Origin: Pecten maximus
Lineage: Eukaryota
Reading direction: 5' to 3'
Length of the DNA stretch: 64,000 nucleotides
Assembly: GCF_902652985.1 (NCBI RefSeq)
Contig: NC_047017.1
Span: forward strand, 17,360,001 to 17,424,000
The translations under genes were made by a program, and so were the position numbers. The notes under the pieces were generated by a model. It did no database searches. It was not told where the DNA came from and saw only the letters and a program-made list of their open reading frames with translations. This document shows positions 1-14,912 of this stretch, piece after piece; position 1 is the first letter of the stretch; each line of letters opens with the position of its first letter.

Positions 1-804
1 GATCTGAAGTAAAACCCTTGTACTTTCTGGTCTGGTAAGGACAGGTAGATGACAGTTGGCTCAACAATTGTGTCCTATCATTGTAAATAGTTGTCAGACT
101 CAGTCATTTGCCATTTTTGCTTGACGAAGGAAACAACATTTTTGGAATCGCTCACAAAAAGTTTTAATTCACTGTTTGTGTCGAAGAACAGAACTCCAAT
201 ATATATAGGGTCTTGATTCACTTAACTACTTCTCCTCGGAATCCTACTTCTCCATATTCAAACTGGCAATGGCGATGACACCGAGAATGGATGTCATCAT
301 CCAGCATGTAACATGGGATGCCAGGGAAGCTTAATCACTAGGCATTTCACAACAACACTAAGCAAAGCATACCTAAAATCTAGACATGTTTGTACTTGTT
401 CTGTTTCATTCAGACATAGAACTGAAGAAATATATATATTGTTCATACAATCAAAGAATTCATTATAGAAACTGATGAAAATAGCATCAAAATTTTCCAT
501 TCAAAATCATGTATTTATGAAAATATTAAAATGAACAAGAAGCAAGCTTCTACTCTGAGTTAAAACCAATGATATGCAACAGATACCGATACGAAACAAC
601 AAGCTTTCCTGACAGAAAACAACTGTAACTGGTCGCTCTAGGTGCTACACGTACAGCACATGTATTATGACAAGCATGCTTCAATTAGAAAATGATGAAC
701 ATAAAATGGTGAGAAATGAAAAATTGAATTCATGCATATTTTGAAAAAAAAAAAAAAAGAAAAAAAAAGCAAGTGAAATGATATTGGTTACATAAACAAC
801 TTAC

Positions 805-3800
805 TTGACTTCTTTCCTTTCCTCTCCTTTGTGTACTGCTCTTTGAGTTTAGAAATAAGCTGCTGGTCTACGTCCCATTCCTCTATATCTCTCTTCTCTG
901 TGTAATACAGACAGAGCCATGTTCAGGTCCCGTCTTTTTATATTAGTGGCCAACCGGGGTACCCCATCTAGACCACATACTGACTACCCAGTACCTTATC
1001 AACACCCAACCCCATCTATACCACATACTGACTACCCTATATATTATCAACACCCAACCCCATCCAGACCACATACTGACTACCCCGTACCTTATCAACA
1101 CCCAACCCCATCCAGACCCCATAATGACTACCCCATACCTTATCAACACCCAACCCCATCTATACCACATACTGACTACCCCGTACCTTATCAACACCCA
1201 ACCCCATCCTGACCACATACTGACTACCCCGTACCTCATCAACACCCCACCCCATCCAGACCACATACTCACTACCCCATACCTTATCAACACCCAACCC
1301 CATCCAGACCACATACTGATCACTACCCCGTACCTTATCAACACCCAACCCCATCCAGACCACATACTGACTACCCCGTACCTTATCAACACCCAACCCC
1401 ATCCAGACCCCATACTGACTACCCCATACCTTATCAACACCCAACCCCATCCAGACCACATACTGACTACCACACACCTTATTAATGCCCAACCCCATCT
1501 AGACCACATACTGACTACCCCGTACCTTATCAACACCCAACCCCATCCAGACCACATACTGACTACCCCGTACCTTATCAACACCAAACCCCATCCAGAC
1601 CCCATACTGACTACCCCGTACCTTATCAACACCAAACCCCATCCAGACCCCATACTGACTACCCCGTACCTTATCAACACCCAACCCCATCCAGACCACA
1701 TACTGACTACCCCGTACCTTATCAACACCCAACCCCATCCTCACCACATACTGACTACCCCGTACCTTATCAACACCCAACCCCATCCAGACCACATACT
1801 GACTACCCCGTACCTCATCAACACCCCACCCCATCCAGACCACATACTCACTACCCCATACCTTATCAACACCCAACCCCATCCAGACCACATACAGATC
1901 ACTACCCCGTACCTTATCAACACCCAACCCAATCTAGACCACATACAGACTACCCCGTACCTTATCAACACCCAACCCAATCTAGACCACATACAGACTA
2001 CCACACACCTTATCAACACCCAACCCCATCCAGACCCCATACTGACTACCCCATACCTTATCAACACCCAACCCCATCCAGACCACATACTGACTACCCC
2101 GTACCTTATCAACACCCAACCCCATCCAGACCACATACTGACTACCCCACACCTTATCAACACCCAACCCCATCCAGACCACATACTGACTACCCCGTAC
2201 CTTATCAACACCCAACCCCATCCAGACCCCATACTGACTACCCCGTACCTTATCAACACCCAACCCCATCCAGACCACATACTGACTACCACACACCTTA
2301 TTAATGCCCAACCCAATCCGCATCTTGGAACACCAACGACTAACCCATACCTTATCAATGCCCAACCCAATCCGCATTTTGGAACAGTTAGTCTTTAATG
2401 ACTACCTCACAAGCCCCACCCATCTAGATATAGCCTTAACCCACATTCACACCATCCCACAAATCAGATCAGAACCTGACCCAATCCAAATCACTGAATC
2501 CAGATTAAACCCACTTAACAACATTACCAGCAACCTATCCAAACCAGACCATCCACATAATGACCACGATGCAGACCTATCACAATAGCCCATAGTTTGC
2601 AAAATAATTGTCCCAATTGTCAGGGCATATGTAGTAACATACTGTGTTTCCTGCTAGGCATACAATTTATATTAAGATATTTAGATAAAGTCATATATCC
2701 AACAGCCATGCATTAAAAGCATTGCCAGTTGCTGAAAGGCAATCAAATCATTGACTCATTTTCAAAGTAATGTTTCACGAATTTCTTAAGATTTTTAAAA
2801 TTTTCATCATAATCTCAAGTGAAGGGAAATAACCCTCTCTTCTTTTTCAGACATAATGATTCAAATTTGTAAACACACAACTAAAATTATTTTTTATTTC
2901 GACAGTACTCACACAAAAATGTGTAAAATTCTCAATCGTTCAACTCAATCAGGAAACACAGCACTTACTCTATGCCTTCTTAATCATCAACACCTGGTCA
3001 TTTAAGTGACAAATCTTAAAAGTTGGACTCAGATTTATGAATTTGACAAACTCCGAGTAAATTCTTTCTTAAAACAGAAAAATCAAGATGCTGAGTGTTT
3101 CTAAAACATTACAAGTTATGACTTCTTATGTTAAAGTCTTATGCTAGCATTACAGTGACATAGGACAAATGTATATGCGATCCTATGTAGGGAGACAGCT
3201 ACACCAATTACTTTGTCTAAGGATAGGAAAGAATATTGTGTTTAATGTTTTCAACAAGTAGAACACTTAAAAGAAAAGAGTAGAATCTGTTGCCATGTTG
3301 ATGTGCTCTAAAGAGGGATTTTTTTGTATTTTTTTTTACCATTTCTGTGAATTTGCATAATCTGTTCTACATTTTGATTCAAAATCAAAGTAAATAAATA
3401 TTAAATGTTAAATTATATTCTTTTTACATTGTTCAAAATGTTGTATTTATATGAAGATAAAATCACCTTTAACATATAAACTTACTGTAAAATTCAACTT
3501 TTTCTCTCAATTTTGATCAGACAATATGGCAGCAAATTTGTGTTAGAGTTACTTGTAACTATGGAACTGAACAAACACAGATTCTACAATGACATAACTA
3601 GGGGTGGGTTAACACAGACAATGTGTGCGATGTTACCTACCCCAGTCTGGGCCATCGCCATGACTACGGGCCTCCCCAGCTCCCTCATCATTTTCAGCCA
3701 CAAGAAAGTTAAACTCGGCCATAGCCTCCACTGTTTCTGGGTCGTCATCACGGTCATCTACGATTCCAGTCAGACCATCCACCTGTAAAATAATTTTCAA

Positions 3801-6800
3801 ACAAGTTTTTCACAGGTAGCTGAACAAAGGTTTTTCGTATTCCCAATCAGCATGACAATATTTCAAAGTGGTTTTCGAAATTTTTCAAATAAATCATTAT
3901 GAATCTTTTTTCTTTTTTAATCTTGATGTAAATTTGTGTCACGGTCACGCTGTTCTTTGTCAGTCGGTGATAACAAAGGTATACAGCAACTGTAATTAGA
4001 ACATCGTTACCAGTAAATATTATTGCCGGGTAAGAAATTATTAGAAAAATAAGCATTTGACCTTTGACCCTGAGATTAAGGTCAAAGTGACTATACGGTA
4101 GTACATTGCACATTGTCTGCACTGGAAGGCGACACATAATTGATTTCTTAGTTTATTGGTAATCTTCCTGCCTTCACTTCTTTACTACAAGTTCTCCCAA
4201 TAGAAACACAATATGCTACCTTGATATTTGGCCTTTTTGTAGCTAATCTCACTTCATGCTCATCGTCTGCTGCCATGCCATCATCATTTTCATCACTGAA
4301 AGAAAATTATCATCAATATATTAGCTCAATATTTCATAGTGAACACTATTTGGAAAATAACACAAATGAATACACTATGATATATGTTTACGCTTGCTTC
4401 ATATATCCATGTGTTCCTACAGCAATCTATTTGTTACAAAATGTGGAAGTATTCTTGTAGGAATGACCTTGGTGACCTTTATTAAGTTCTTCTTCGCCAT
4501 ATAAATGCAATATCAATGGTAATACAAAATATTTCATGTTATACAAAATTACCTTCTTGCATATTAAGTTATCCATGAAGTGAAAATCAGAAAGTGTAAT
4601 CTATAGACAAATCAATGAATCAGCCACGAAAATGCTTGAGTAGCTACTAGTCTGTTCTTTAATTCAATTTTGAAGAGGCTTATATTTAGTATAATATATA
4701 CATTACATAATATATAGCATTGTTAGCTTGATATATATAAAGATAAAGAAAGTTAACTTAAGTTCTTTTTTATGATGTACAAATATGAATTCCACAATAC
4801 ATGGAAGCAATACAGTCTGCACCTTTTTTTATCGTTGGTGTATAGGAATACGAGTACATGAAAAAATAGAAGTCACAATATTTAATACCTGGCGGTAAGA
4901 TTGGGATAAACAACACATTATACAAAATGACTGGGAAACAGTACTGCTCCGTATTATGGAGGTAATCATTTTGTCCACTATATACATAACACCTGACTGG
5001 TACGTATACTATGTTGTAACTTGTCTGATGTGAACATAATTTTATCTTATTCCCAACATATTCTATACTCCAAAAAAAATCAGAAAAGCACAGCATTAAA
5101 AGCTTAGCAGCATGAAAATTTATGCTTAAAATTCCTTTGGTAAAATCATTATACTATGATATGTATTAAAAAATTTTGCATGGAGACCAGGAGACCGGAA
5201 CAACAGACACCTGCCACATGCCATATAGTATCATATCTATAGGATCTCAGTTTAACAAACCACATTTGCACAACATTCAGAAGGAGAAAGATGTGGGATG
5301 TCTTGATTTAAAAAATTCAAAATAAAAGAAAAATAGAAATAATGAAGGACCATAATTCTCTCCATTCATATATATATATATGTTATACACTGGACATTAT
5401 GACAAACTATTGTAATTTCATGTTACAACAAATACAGGCCATTGAAATGGAAAGAAGATATGTTCTAGACAAAACATTGCTGACATTCACTCAGCCTGCA
5501 GCCCAACATCATACCATAATATCTTATGTCCTACTTATATCTATACCACAGATTTATACTCAGCAAAAAACAGAACTTCACATCTAACTGGAGAAAAAAT
5601 TAAAAACACCCCCTTTGGAAAAATCCCATGTGAATCGACCAATCAATGAATTAAAACAAAAGAATTGCAAGTAATCCATAGTCCTTAAATTCTGGCTAAC
5701 TAGCTTTTTTGACCTAAAAGTATTTCACACAAAAATATTACTCTTCTGTGCTACAAGAAGAAAATCTGAAAACCCATCTGAAATACTACAGTACTATTTT
5801 GAAATGTCTATAACCATTTTTTGAGTGAATTAGAGAAGTGATAAAGATATTGTAGTATTATATCAATATAAGAGGTTGTTAACCCCAAAATACCCAAAAC
5901 AATTAAACTAATCTATTTGGTACATTGAGATGTCCTTGTTCTTTATTCCAGGTTTGGTTGGAATAGCTCTTGCTCTTTTCCGAGAAACTGAGCTACACCT
6001 TGCACTCAAAATTTTAAAGTACAGTTTCCCAGCATCCCCAATGCATTTCAAAGTCACTGGACCATATAATCTGGGTGTTATTCTGCAAATGATGGGTGGG
6101 TTAAGATGACCACTATGTGATCTTACTATATCAAAACATTATCAAGTTGAGTCTAAGTTGGACTATATATCTTCTTTGAGTAACAGATTTAAATGCATAA
6201 CTTTTAAATAAAGAGAATGTTGATACTGCTGCCAAAAAGGTAACTCCTGTTTTCCTAATGTTTTGTCGCTTCAAATGGGGAAAAACATTTACAGAAGTTC
6301 ACATGGGAATTAATCTGGTTTCATTTCATATCAGATGTATATCACCCTATGGGAGACTAACAATATGTTGATTTTCTTGAGTAATACTTTTGCATTTATT
6401 GAGACAGAAATGCAAGCATAGAAGATAGTACTAGTGAATGGTGAACAGTACATGCACAGGCATACCTGAGGTTATCATCATCATCATCCACTACATTTTC
6501 TGTGCCTAGAAAGTCTAGGGTAGCTAGGACTGAGGCTTCACTATCCATCAGAGCACCTTCCACAAGGGAAGCTGGCACCTTCTTAGGTGGTCTGATCAAA
6601 GAGATAGGAAGCATGCATCAGAGGAAGAAAGACTCATACCTATACAAATTATGTATGAAATGCAAATACCATACATTCTTATAAGTCATTAGTACAGAAT
6701 TTGCAATCGTAGAGAAATATATTCACCAAATTTATGTTACATGATTTTAATACTCACCTGAACAGAATCAAAGTATATGATAAAGCCAAATTAGGGTATG

Positions 6801-9800
6801 GGAGGAAAGCACAACATCTATGTTATTGTTTTTTTTCTTTCAAATGAGCAAGTAAAAATGGTTAACATAAATCTAAAATTTTGGATTTCTTTTGTAATCA
6901 TTCATATACTTTTAGAAAACAGACTGAACCAGTGGTGACAAAATGATAAAACATTTTGATAATTTGTAATGAATTACTTCATTTTTTTTTTTCTATCTTC
7001 ATTGTAAACTGCATATGTACCATTGAGTATATTGATATGTCTAAGTCATCGTTAAATTAATTGAGCTGACACTACAAAATGCTATATTTGTAGGTCATAT
7101 TAACTATTGTACAGCAATAAATTAGAAACTTGCCTGGATTCAGAGAAGTGGGAAGAATGGTTACTGAGAAATGGTTATTGAGCTGTGCAGAAATTGGCTT
7201 CAGATAGAATTCAGATCAACAGGTAGTGTAACATTGATTCAGAGCTGTATAATTTACAGTGTATTGTAGGAGGTATAACACATCTGCCATTAACATGCAT
7301 ATATTTATAAACTAAGCTTTGGGTGAATACATGTAAAACAAAGAATGTCTCATAGCAAAATAAATATTTTATACATATTTGTACACTGCTCCAATATTAT
7401 AATTCATAATCCTTAAAGTAAATGCCCCTAACAGACACTGAATAAATACTTCAGGTAACTCATTGTTTAATGGTATTATTTAAACTGATAACAGGTTCCA
7501 CATTTCCATATTAGGCCAAACCAAAATAATTTCAGTCATCTTTCATAAGAGCTAGGGGTGACAAAATCATAAAATAATCATATTTTTCTATTGTACTTCA
7601 TTTAATGTTATCAAACTTAATTTACTCAATCATTTTTGATTGCATTGCCACTCAACCTAAGCAAATAATTGTTGTATGCTTAGAGGTATTAACTAACCGT
7701 AGTCTAATTTGTACATTATAACCTACATATGTACACAAACTTGTAAAACATGTTTTGCATTAACCCTTTCCATATTCATTCATACTTCGCAGTCATTACC
7801 GGAAGCGACTGAGGGTTGGTCCTTTGCGTATGTCACTTAGCACATGGCTAGCGCTCTCACTGCCACTGCGATAAAATTATGTTTTACGACTGTGTGGAAC
7901 TTGTAATATTGTTATCTCGCTATATATTTGCTGCAATATATCATATGGAATGAGTAGAATCTTTTTTCTGAAATTATTTTCATTCAAATTCAGCGAAATC
8001 GTTCAGTAGAATGACAGGAAGTACGACTGCTGATCTGCTCATTGTGTCACTACTTACTTATGTGCAAGTTATCACTCATATGTAACATGTATTCCTGTTT
8101 AATTGATATCTGATAGTTTATAATAGTTTATCATGTCTGAATCAGGGATTCTTGGCAATATGCATTTGATAACATCAGATGAAGAGTCCATTACATGTGA
8201 GATCAAAGTAAACTGCATTGACTATATGGTGCATATCATGGTTTTCACAGTTGTAGCCAGGGCCTGAATGGGGCAACACTCAGTCTTCTTGGCTAGGAAT
8301 CCTTTAATTTATACCAGATTAGGTTAAAATCATTTCACCTGTACACAAAGTATTGTTTTTGTGAATTATTTAACCCACTATTCAACTAATTATGTCCCAG
8401 TGATCAGGTGTGGGTGAATGGGAGTGGAATCCACACTCTTCATTTTAACCATAATGAGTTCCCATGTCCAATGTGAAAAGCTCGCAGGACAAATCAGGGA
8501 CAAATAAAACACTTTGCCATGGAATACACTAGCTTGCCACTAGGACAACTGAGCTGAAAACTAATGATGTAATGCTCCAACTCTTAGAATCCTATCTTTA
8601 TAGCATAAAAGCAACTCCTGTAGTACAAGAGTATTAAATATTTGTTCAATTTTTTGTAAGGATGAAGGGATTTTGAATCAATGCAAAACTGTAGCTGTAT
8701 AAATTTGAGCTGCATCAGAAATAATGCCGGAGTACCTGGCTTTGCTCTGGTCATTGTTGCGGGAGGCAGCAGGCTCGCCATTAACTAAGGCTGGTTGGGC
8801 ACCTTCAGCTTCATTCTCTACAGCATTTCCCTGGAGACCCAGTAAAGACCTGACTCGTGCAGATCTCACATTAATAATGGTGTCTGTATAGCCAATCTCC
8901 TGTAGATATCTGTAAACACAAACGCATTGCATTAAGTAAGCAATTCTGACCTCTATAATGGTTTACTATTCATTGTGTATAGCTGATTCAATACACACTA
9001 ATAATTCTTTTTAGAAAAGTATTTAATCAAGTATTAAGAAAATAATTGTATTTATATTTTAAAACATGTGGATTCCGATTCCCAACGAGAAATAGTTGTG
9101 TGCAAGACTTCTAAAAACAATCTTTTGATACTCCTAACTTATTACTAAATTGAATGCAAGCCATAAAGCCTAGATCATACATTAGAACGTATACAACATG
9201 AAAACACATGCATAACTTACTGTCTAAGAAGTTGTCTACCCTGCCGCCAGGACACATTGCTATTTGGTGTTATCACTTCTCCATCCATATTTTCATCTAT
9301 TTGGGGGAAAAAAATACATGTCATATACAAGGGTTTCATAAATAGTATGAAAATGTTTTAAATATTCCATATAAAATTCTAACATCTGATCATTTCCAAT
9401 ATGTATAGTTAGTTATCTCAAACTCATACCGATATTTTAGTCCCCATTCCTAGCATTTATAACTCAACCAAGTATCACTGTACAATAGACCCAGTACAGG
9501 ACGCAACAATCCAATTTAGCTTTGTATTTGCTCAGTTACCCAGCTTGTACAAGATCCCACATCCCTGGCTGACATTTCATTGGTCTTTGCCAGTCCACAC
9601 AGGTATCTTCCCGTAAAATTTGTTTTCATGACGATTGACTGTTAAAATACTCATTATGGCTTGACATGTCATGTGATAATTTCGAGGTGACTTATCAAAA
9701 CAGTTAACTCCTCAATCTAAGCAAATTTTAACTCCATAAGGAAATGTTTGGTTTAGTATAAGGGCTCAATAAATGTGTCAAAAGCATGCAACGCAATATA

Positions 9801-11602
9801 GACATTTTATGACAAGTCAAAACTGCATATCTGTGGGTGCAAGTTACTTAATATCAGCAAATTGTTACTTAATATCAGCAAATTGGAAGTTTGTGGTGGA
9901 AAAATCACCCAATGTAACTCAATTTTTGTATCTGTATATTGAAATGCATGCACCAAAATCATAAAATTTATTTACTTGTAGGAGTATCAAGTCTAATTTT
10001 AATTAGATTGCAAAACAAATGTAAGCTTTGGAAATTTTCTAAATCAATCACATAATCTCAGATCTCACACTGTCAGTAGTTAGTTTTGTTTATTATACAT
10101 TTTCTCATTAATGTACCTTCATTTTTCCTGTCAAGAGATGGAGGTTTGAGGTCCTCTTGATTCAAGTCTGTGCCATATTTCAACTTGTGATATTTAGCTC
10201 TGAAAAAAAAATGATATTACAACAATTGTACATATGATCACAGTAACGTTATGGTTAATTTTACACATAATTACAAACAATATACACATAACAGTATTTA
10301 TAATAGCAAGCTAATGTTAAGTTTCCACAGTAATTATAGCTTATATATATAATTAAATATTAGATATGCCTGTACATACCTTTCTTGTTTTAATGCGAAC
10401 TCCAACATCTTGATTCTGCGAACCAGATCTTGTTTTAAATTTTCCTGTCCTTTCCTTTCTCCTTGAAGAAATGCTATCCTTGCCTGTAAAACAGAATAAT
10501 TGATAGTACATGTTAGTCAAGAATTGTGAACAATATGATTATATCTACATCAAAAACAATGGCAATTTTTGTACTGTTCTGTCTGAGTCATTGTTAGCGC
10601 TTTAGCTTTTCAGGTGTCCTATAGATAATACATATAGATAAAAATAAATTCACATGATAAAATAGTTGTGGTAGCTTTGCTGTTACAATTGTTTAATTTT
10701 GTTAAATGTACATTTCACTTTATTTTGATTCATTGCTGGTTGCTGGTGTTCAGTTGTGAAAGCTCAGTTGGCAAAATGTCATTTTACATGTTGGAGGTTC
10801 AAACTATGATTCTTGTATGTTCCCTGTCTCACACATGTAAAGCATAATAATGGTGCAGGTGCATGGAGCAAATCATAATTGATAAATTTTATGTTTCTTA
10901 TTGGATTGTTGGACCAGTTAATGATTTTCGCTCAATGCATTATATAAGATAAATGTTGAAAGCCGAACTGATGGCATGAGTAGCACAGTAATCCAGAGTT
11001 CAATGTTGTCAGACTTTCAATATCCAAAACAATAACAATAGGTCAGTGTTCTGTAATGCTTTAATTTTGAAACAATAATCTTTACTGTATAATTATTCTC
11101 CTTCGTATAACTAGGAGCATTGCGATAACCTTACCTGTGAGAGGCATAGACAACTGTCAGAACTCATCCAGGATCCTCTTTTCAGATTAGAGCGAAATGT
11201 CAAAATTATTTGGCCGCCATATTGAAATCAAATATGGCGACTGCTGAGACTGAACTATTTTACTGTTAGTGTACCCGTAATGCTTTATTTGATAGGTTTA
11301 TGATCTTAATATATATTCACACATATAATCGATTGTTCGATTAACCTAAATTAACATGCAATATATTTTTTAAATGAAATAGCACGCATTTTCACCTGAA
11401 GTTCTGCCCGTTCCACTTCCCACTGTGATCTCTCCATCTCGAATCGAGCCCATTCTGTCTGCAAAAAATGTAGAATTCCTGGCATAGAATACTGCGGGCG
11501 CTGCCCCAAATCATCCTGCTGTTGTTTTGTCATCATTCCTATTGCCCCTGACAATGGGCCGACCTGCCCTCCGTGTTGAGACCCAGGACCCTCTTCGATC
11601 AT
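805..11602 (-). CDS. STRN3: Striatin family protein (STRN3/SG2NA-like), 5' partial; the WD40 exons lie beyond the left edge
   Basis: Phase-consistent GT-AG exons 11396-11602, 10380-10483, 10117-10199, 9221-9296, 8736-8909, 6466-6591, 4220-4295, 3641-3782, 805-897. The translation contains the striatin N-terminal signature YSMPGILHFLQTEWARFEMERSQWEVERAELQARIAFLQGERKGQENLKQDLVRRIKMLEFALKQERAKYHKLKYG, then SWRQGRQLLRQYLQEIGYTDTI and WDVDQQLISKLKEQYTKERKGKK. Invertebrates usually have one striatin, so the paralog symbol is approximate. Confidence 0.95.
960..2390. repeat. 48-bp minisatellite (~29 copies) in a striatin intron
   Basis: Unit ACCCCATCCAGACCACATACTGACTACCCCGTACCTTATCAACACCCA; it explains the 16-aa periodic ORFs in several frames. 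Confidence 0.95.
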
Positions 11603-11603
11603 C

Positions 11604-11618
11604 TTACATGGTCGCCAT
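11604..11618 (-). promoter_or_regulatory. uORF (MATM*) ending 1 nt before the striatin start codon
   Basis: Minus strand reads ATG GCG ACC ATG TAA G ATG ATC GAA. Confidence 0.5.
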
Positions 11619-13005
11619 TACAGTTTTTAAACCAACAGATGGCGCTGCAATGAAAATTACGTCAAACAATTTTTTCACACGGGAGCTTTCTGGAGTTATT
11701 CATTCAAATTTATGCTATTGTAAATTCTGAAAGTTGTTCCGAACGTATAATAGATTCCACCCTTTTCCGACAATAATAAAGGCAAATCAGCGAATGGAAA
11801 TGAATCACGCTGTAACCTTATCGTTGTAACACTATCATGTGTAAGTCTGTTATTGTGCATTGTTCTTGCAGTACCTAACATCATTTCTGTACTTGGATTG
11901 GTATTGTGCAAATGATGTTGTTGATATTACACTTCCCTCCGGGTGTGGCGATAACGTTACCCGATTCCATCATTGTCAGTCTGTTACATTTATCATCATA
12001 TTGAGCATTACATACTCTCTTTTAATGGGAGCTAACCCCAAATTGTTTTTTTCTTGAAACAAATGAATTGTGCGCGTAATTTCAGAAAAAGCGGACCGCG
12101 TTAAGGTGTGGTTTCATGCAAATTTATTCAGGTGAGAAATCCTATTCGAGTTGCCTCCCCTTCACTGGTGAAGTTTGAGATCAGGATAATAGACATCTAG
12201 AAAATGAGTTATCATTAAATTCGAATGATAATTTCAGTATAATGACATCACAAAATACTATTTGATATTGTTGAATAATTATAGAAGTAATTCAAATTTC
12301 TAATGTTAATTAATTTGGTAACCTTTAATGCAAAATAATGGTAACAAAAACTTGTTAAATGATAGGCCTACAGCTTTAATCCAAATTTATATAATTAATA
12401 AAAAAAAAACATCTATAATTCATTTAATTCTAATTAGTGATATCATTAATTTGAAATAAATTCAAGTATTTATATTGTTTATCTGTTTGATGATGTCACT
12501 ACTGTTTTGATTAATGATGTCAATAATGAAGAATTAAGGCATGGGTATAGTGTTAATTACAATTTATTGGAATTAAGGATATTATGAATTCCCTCTAGAT
12601 TTTGAAGATGACCAAGATTGGAAGAACAGCGGTGCTTGTTGATGGAATCAAATTATGATATTAGACATATTTTCAGCTTATTTCTAATAGGAAATGCTGT
12701 TAGAGTGAAATGTTCATGTTGCAGAAGCTAATAGATAGGTCTTTTTTTAATATAAATTGATGGGAGAGATCAACTTTGAACACAACAAAATTCTGTATGA
12801 AGAAGTTACCTTACACATGACACCTGACAATCGTTTTGCTAATAAATCTAAAATTTTATATCTTAACACAATATTTATCTACAGGAATCCTTGTTTCATA
12901 TAAACTGTTATTTGCTGAAAGTTGAATTGAAAATGAGAAACCACCCTTCTTTCATCTTTTTTTAAGACCAGCAATCTCGTACAAAATAGGGAGAAATGAT
13001 ATCAC

Positions 13006-14414
13006 TTATCCCAAGATCAACAATCGGAAGGGGTTGTAATACTGCTGTCTGTCCATCATTCTGTCGGTCTGCATCATCATTTCAACAAATCCAAATTTCA
13101 CACACCGCTTAAATTCCTTATTGAGAGTAAGAATTGATAAGGATTTGTTTTCGGGTCAAAAGGTCAAGGGATAAGGTCATTGTTGCTTCTCCTGTTCGAA
13201 TGGTTCAATCAAGCTCTGTTGATATTGGGATTGTTTGCTTGGGTGTTCAATTGTGAGTATACCTCAAACTTGTACTTCATGCATTGGTTGATTATGAGTA
13301 TACCTCAAATGATTTGTGTTTCAGGTTACCAAGGACAAGGAACTGTTACTGATTATAGAAAATCTTTGTCTGAGCACTCTTGCGACTTCATTATTTAATT
13401 AATGCATTTTAATAAAACTATGAGCATTGGTCGATTATGAGTATATTTCAAACCAGTTTGTGTTTCAGGGTGCCAATTAGGTCATGGAAAAGGTCACTTA
13501 CTATTTACAGAATATCTTTGTCAGCGCTCTTGTGAATTCATTATTTGATGCATTTTAATCAAACATTGGTGAAAAATGAGTATACCTCCAAGAGGTTTCC
13601 TTTCAGAATGCCAAGGTCAAAGGCAAGGTCACCATTGCTATTGGTAGAAAATCTTTGTCGTTGCCCTAGTGACTTTAGTTTTAACCAGATTTCAATCAAA
13701 TTTCATACACTGGTCAAATATGGATTGAATAGATTTTTTAAATTTTCATTGCGGCTATGTTAGCACGCCACGGGATATGTAGCTAGCTACTGGTATTCAT
13801 AGCCGCAATGAAAATTAAAAAAATCTATTCAATTCATATATTTACATAACCTTGATTTAAAAAAATCATATATCGAGAAAACGGGAAATTTTATTAAAAA
13901 GAAAAATTTGTCATGTATACGACGAAACGCCAAATTATTAGAACAGCCGGGAGATCCCACCTATGCACCACGCCATTGTTTTAATGTCGTTCCGCATTTT
14001 CCGGTCTTTTTTGTTTAATTTTGTATAAAACAAAAAGAAAGAAGTATTAAAGTAAAAATAATATTAAATACAATCATTCAATTCAAATCATATTATTTTA
14101 TGTGAACAAATTGCAACAAAAACACAATATTTTCATAATTGAAAGGCGGACTATTTTTTTGATGGTGTATTAATATGACCCGATTAATCAGGTGATTTGC
14201 ACGAGAGACAATGTTTTCATATGGTTTTCATAGTGTATTCATGGTCATATGTTTTCACTTGGTATGTTCATATCAGCAAACCACATTAGGAATGTAAATA
14301 TATATAAGTATACCTCAATTAAGTTCATTTTTCAGGGTGCCATGGTCACCACTGCTATTTATATATGGTAGCAGATATGGAGGCGATTTGTATCACTTGT
14401 GATACCTTCTTGTT
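13006..14414 (+). mobile_element. Degenerate non-autonomous Helentron-like (HINE-type) element, interrupted by a nested insertion
   Basis: GTCT/GTCC microsatellite near the 5' end, internal diverged tandem units with GGTCAAGG and GAGTATACCTC motifs, and a 3' short palindrome GTATCACTTGTGATAC followed by CTTGTT. Confidence 0.55.
13716..14300. mobile_element. Hairpin-ended non-autonomous element nested in the HINE-like element
   Basis: ~45-bp inverted arms at 13716-13843 (TATGGATTGAATAGATTTTTTAAATTTTCATTGCGGCTATG / CATAGCCGCAATGAAAATTAAAAAAATCTATTCAATTCATA); far end ATGTAAATA; the host repeat unit resumes directly after. Confidence 0.6.
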
Positions 14415-14912
14415 ATAGAGAACGAATATTCTTACCCTGCCTACACTGCTCTCCCACGAGCATCTGTCAGAAATTGTCCGTCCATTGTCCATAGTCCAGA
14501 GCTACGTTATTGCAGCTATCTTGTATATAGCATGCATAGTGATGCAGTTGCCTTCTTAGTGTGAGTTTGTACTAGTGTAATTTACCAGACTGGAGTCTGG
14601 TAAGCAGAGGGTTGCAGGATCAATCACCAGTGAAGACTATCTACTTGCTTTCCAGTTACATAGGTTAAGACATTTGGCTGTATTTCGATATCTGATAAAA
14701 TATTTAAAAACACATGGATTATTCTTGTATCTTAATTCACATATCATGCTTGTATCAATGTTGTGACAAGGATTGTTGTTGGATTCACGTTGCAGATGTT
14801 GAATTTCACTCTTCAAAGACTTTTGAAAATAATATATTGTTTCAACCAAATAATAAATAACTTTTTTTTCTTTTAAGGATTAGGACGGAAAATTAGTATC
14901 ACGCTAGAAACA

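Noticed and set aside
919-2398. Long repetitive ORFs (424, 261 and 209 aa)
   Set aside because: Products of a stop-poor 48-bp intronic minisatellite; open in several frames on both strands, with no supporting splice signals.
7760-8328. Possible piggyBac-type MITE starting TTAACCCTTT
   Set aside because: No convincing matching right-hand TIR.
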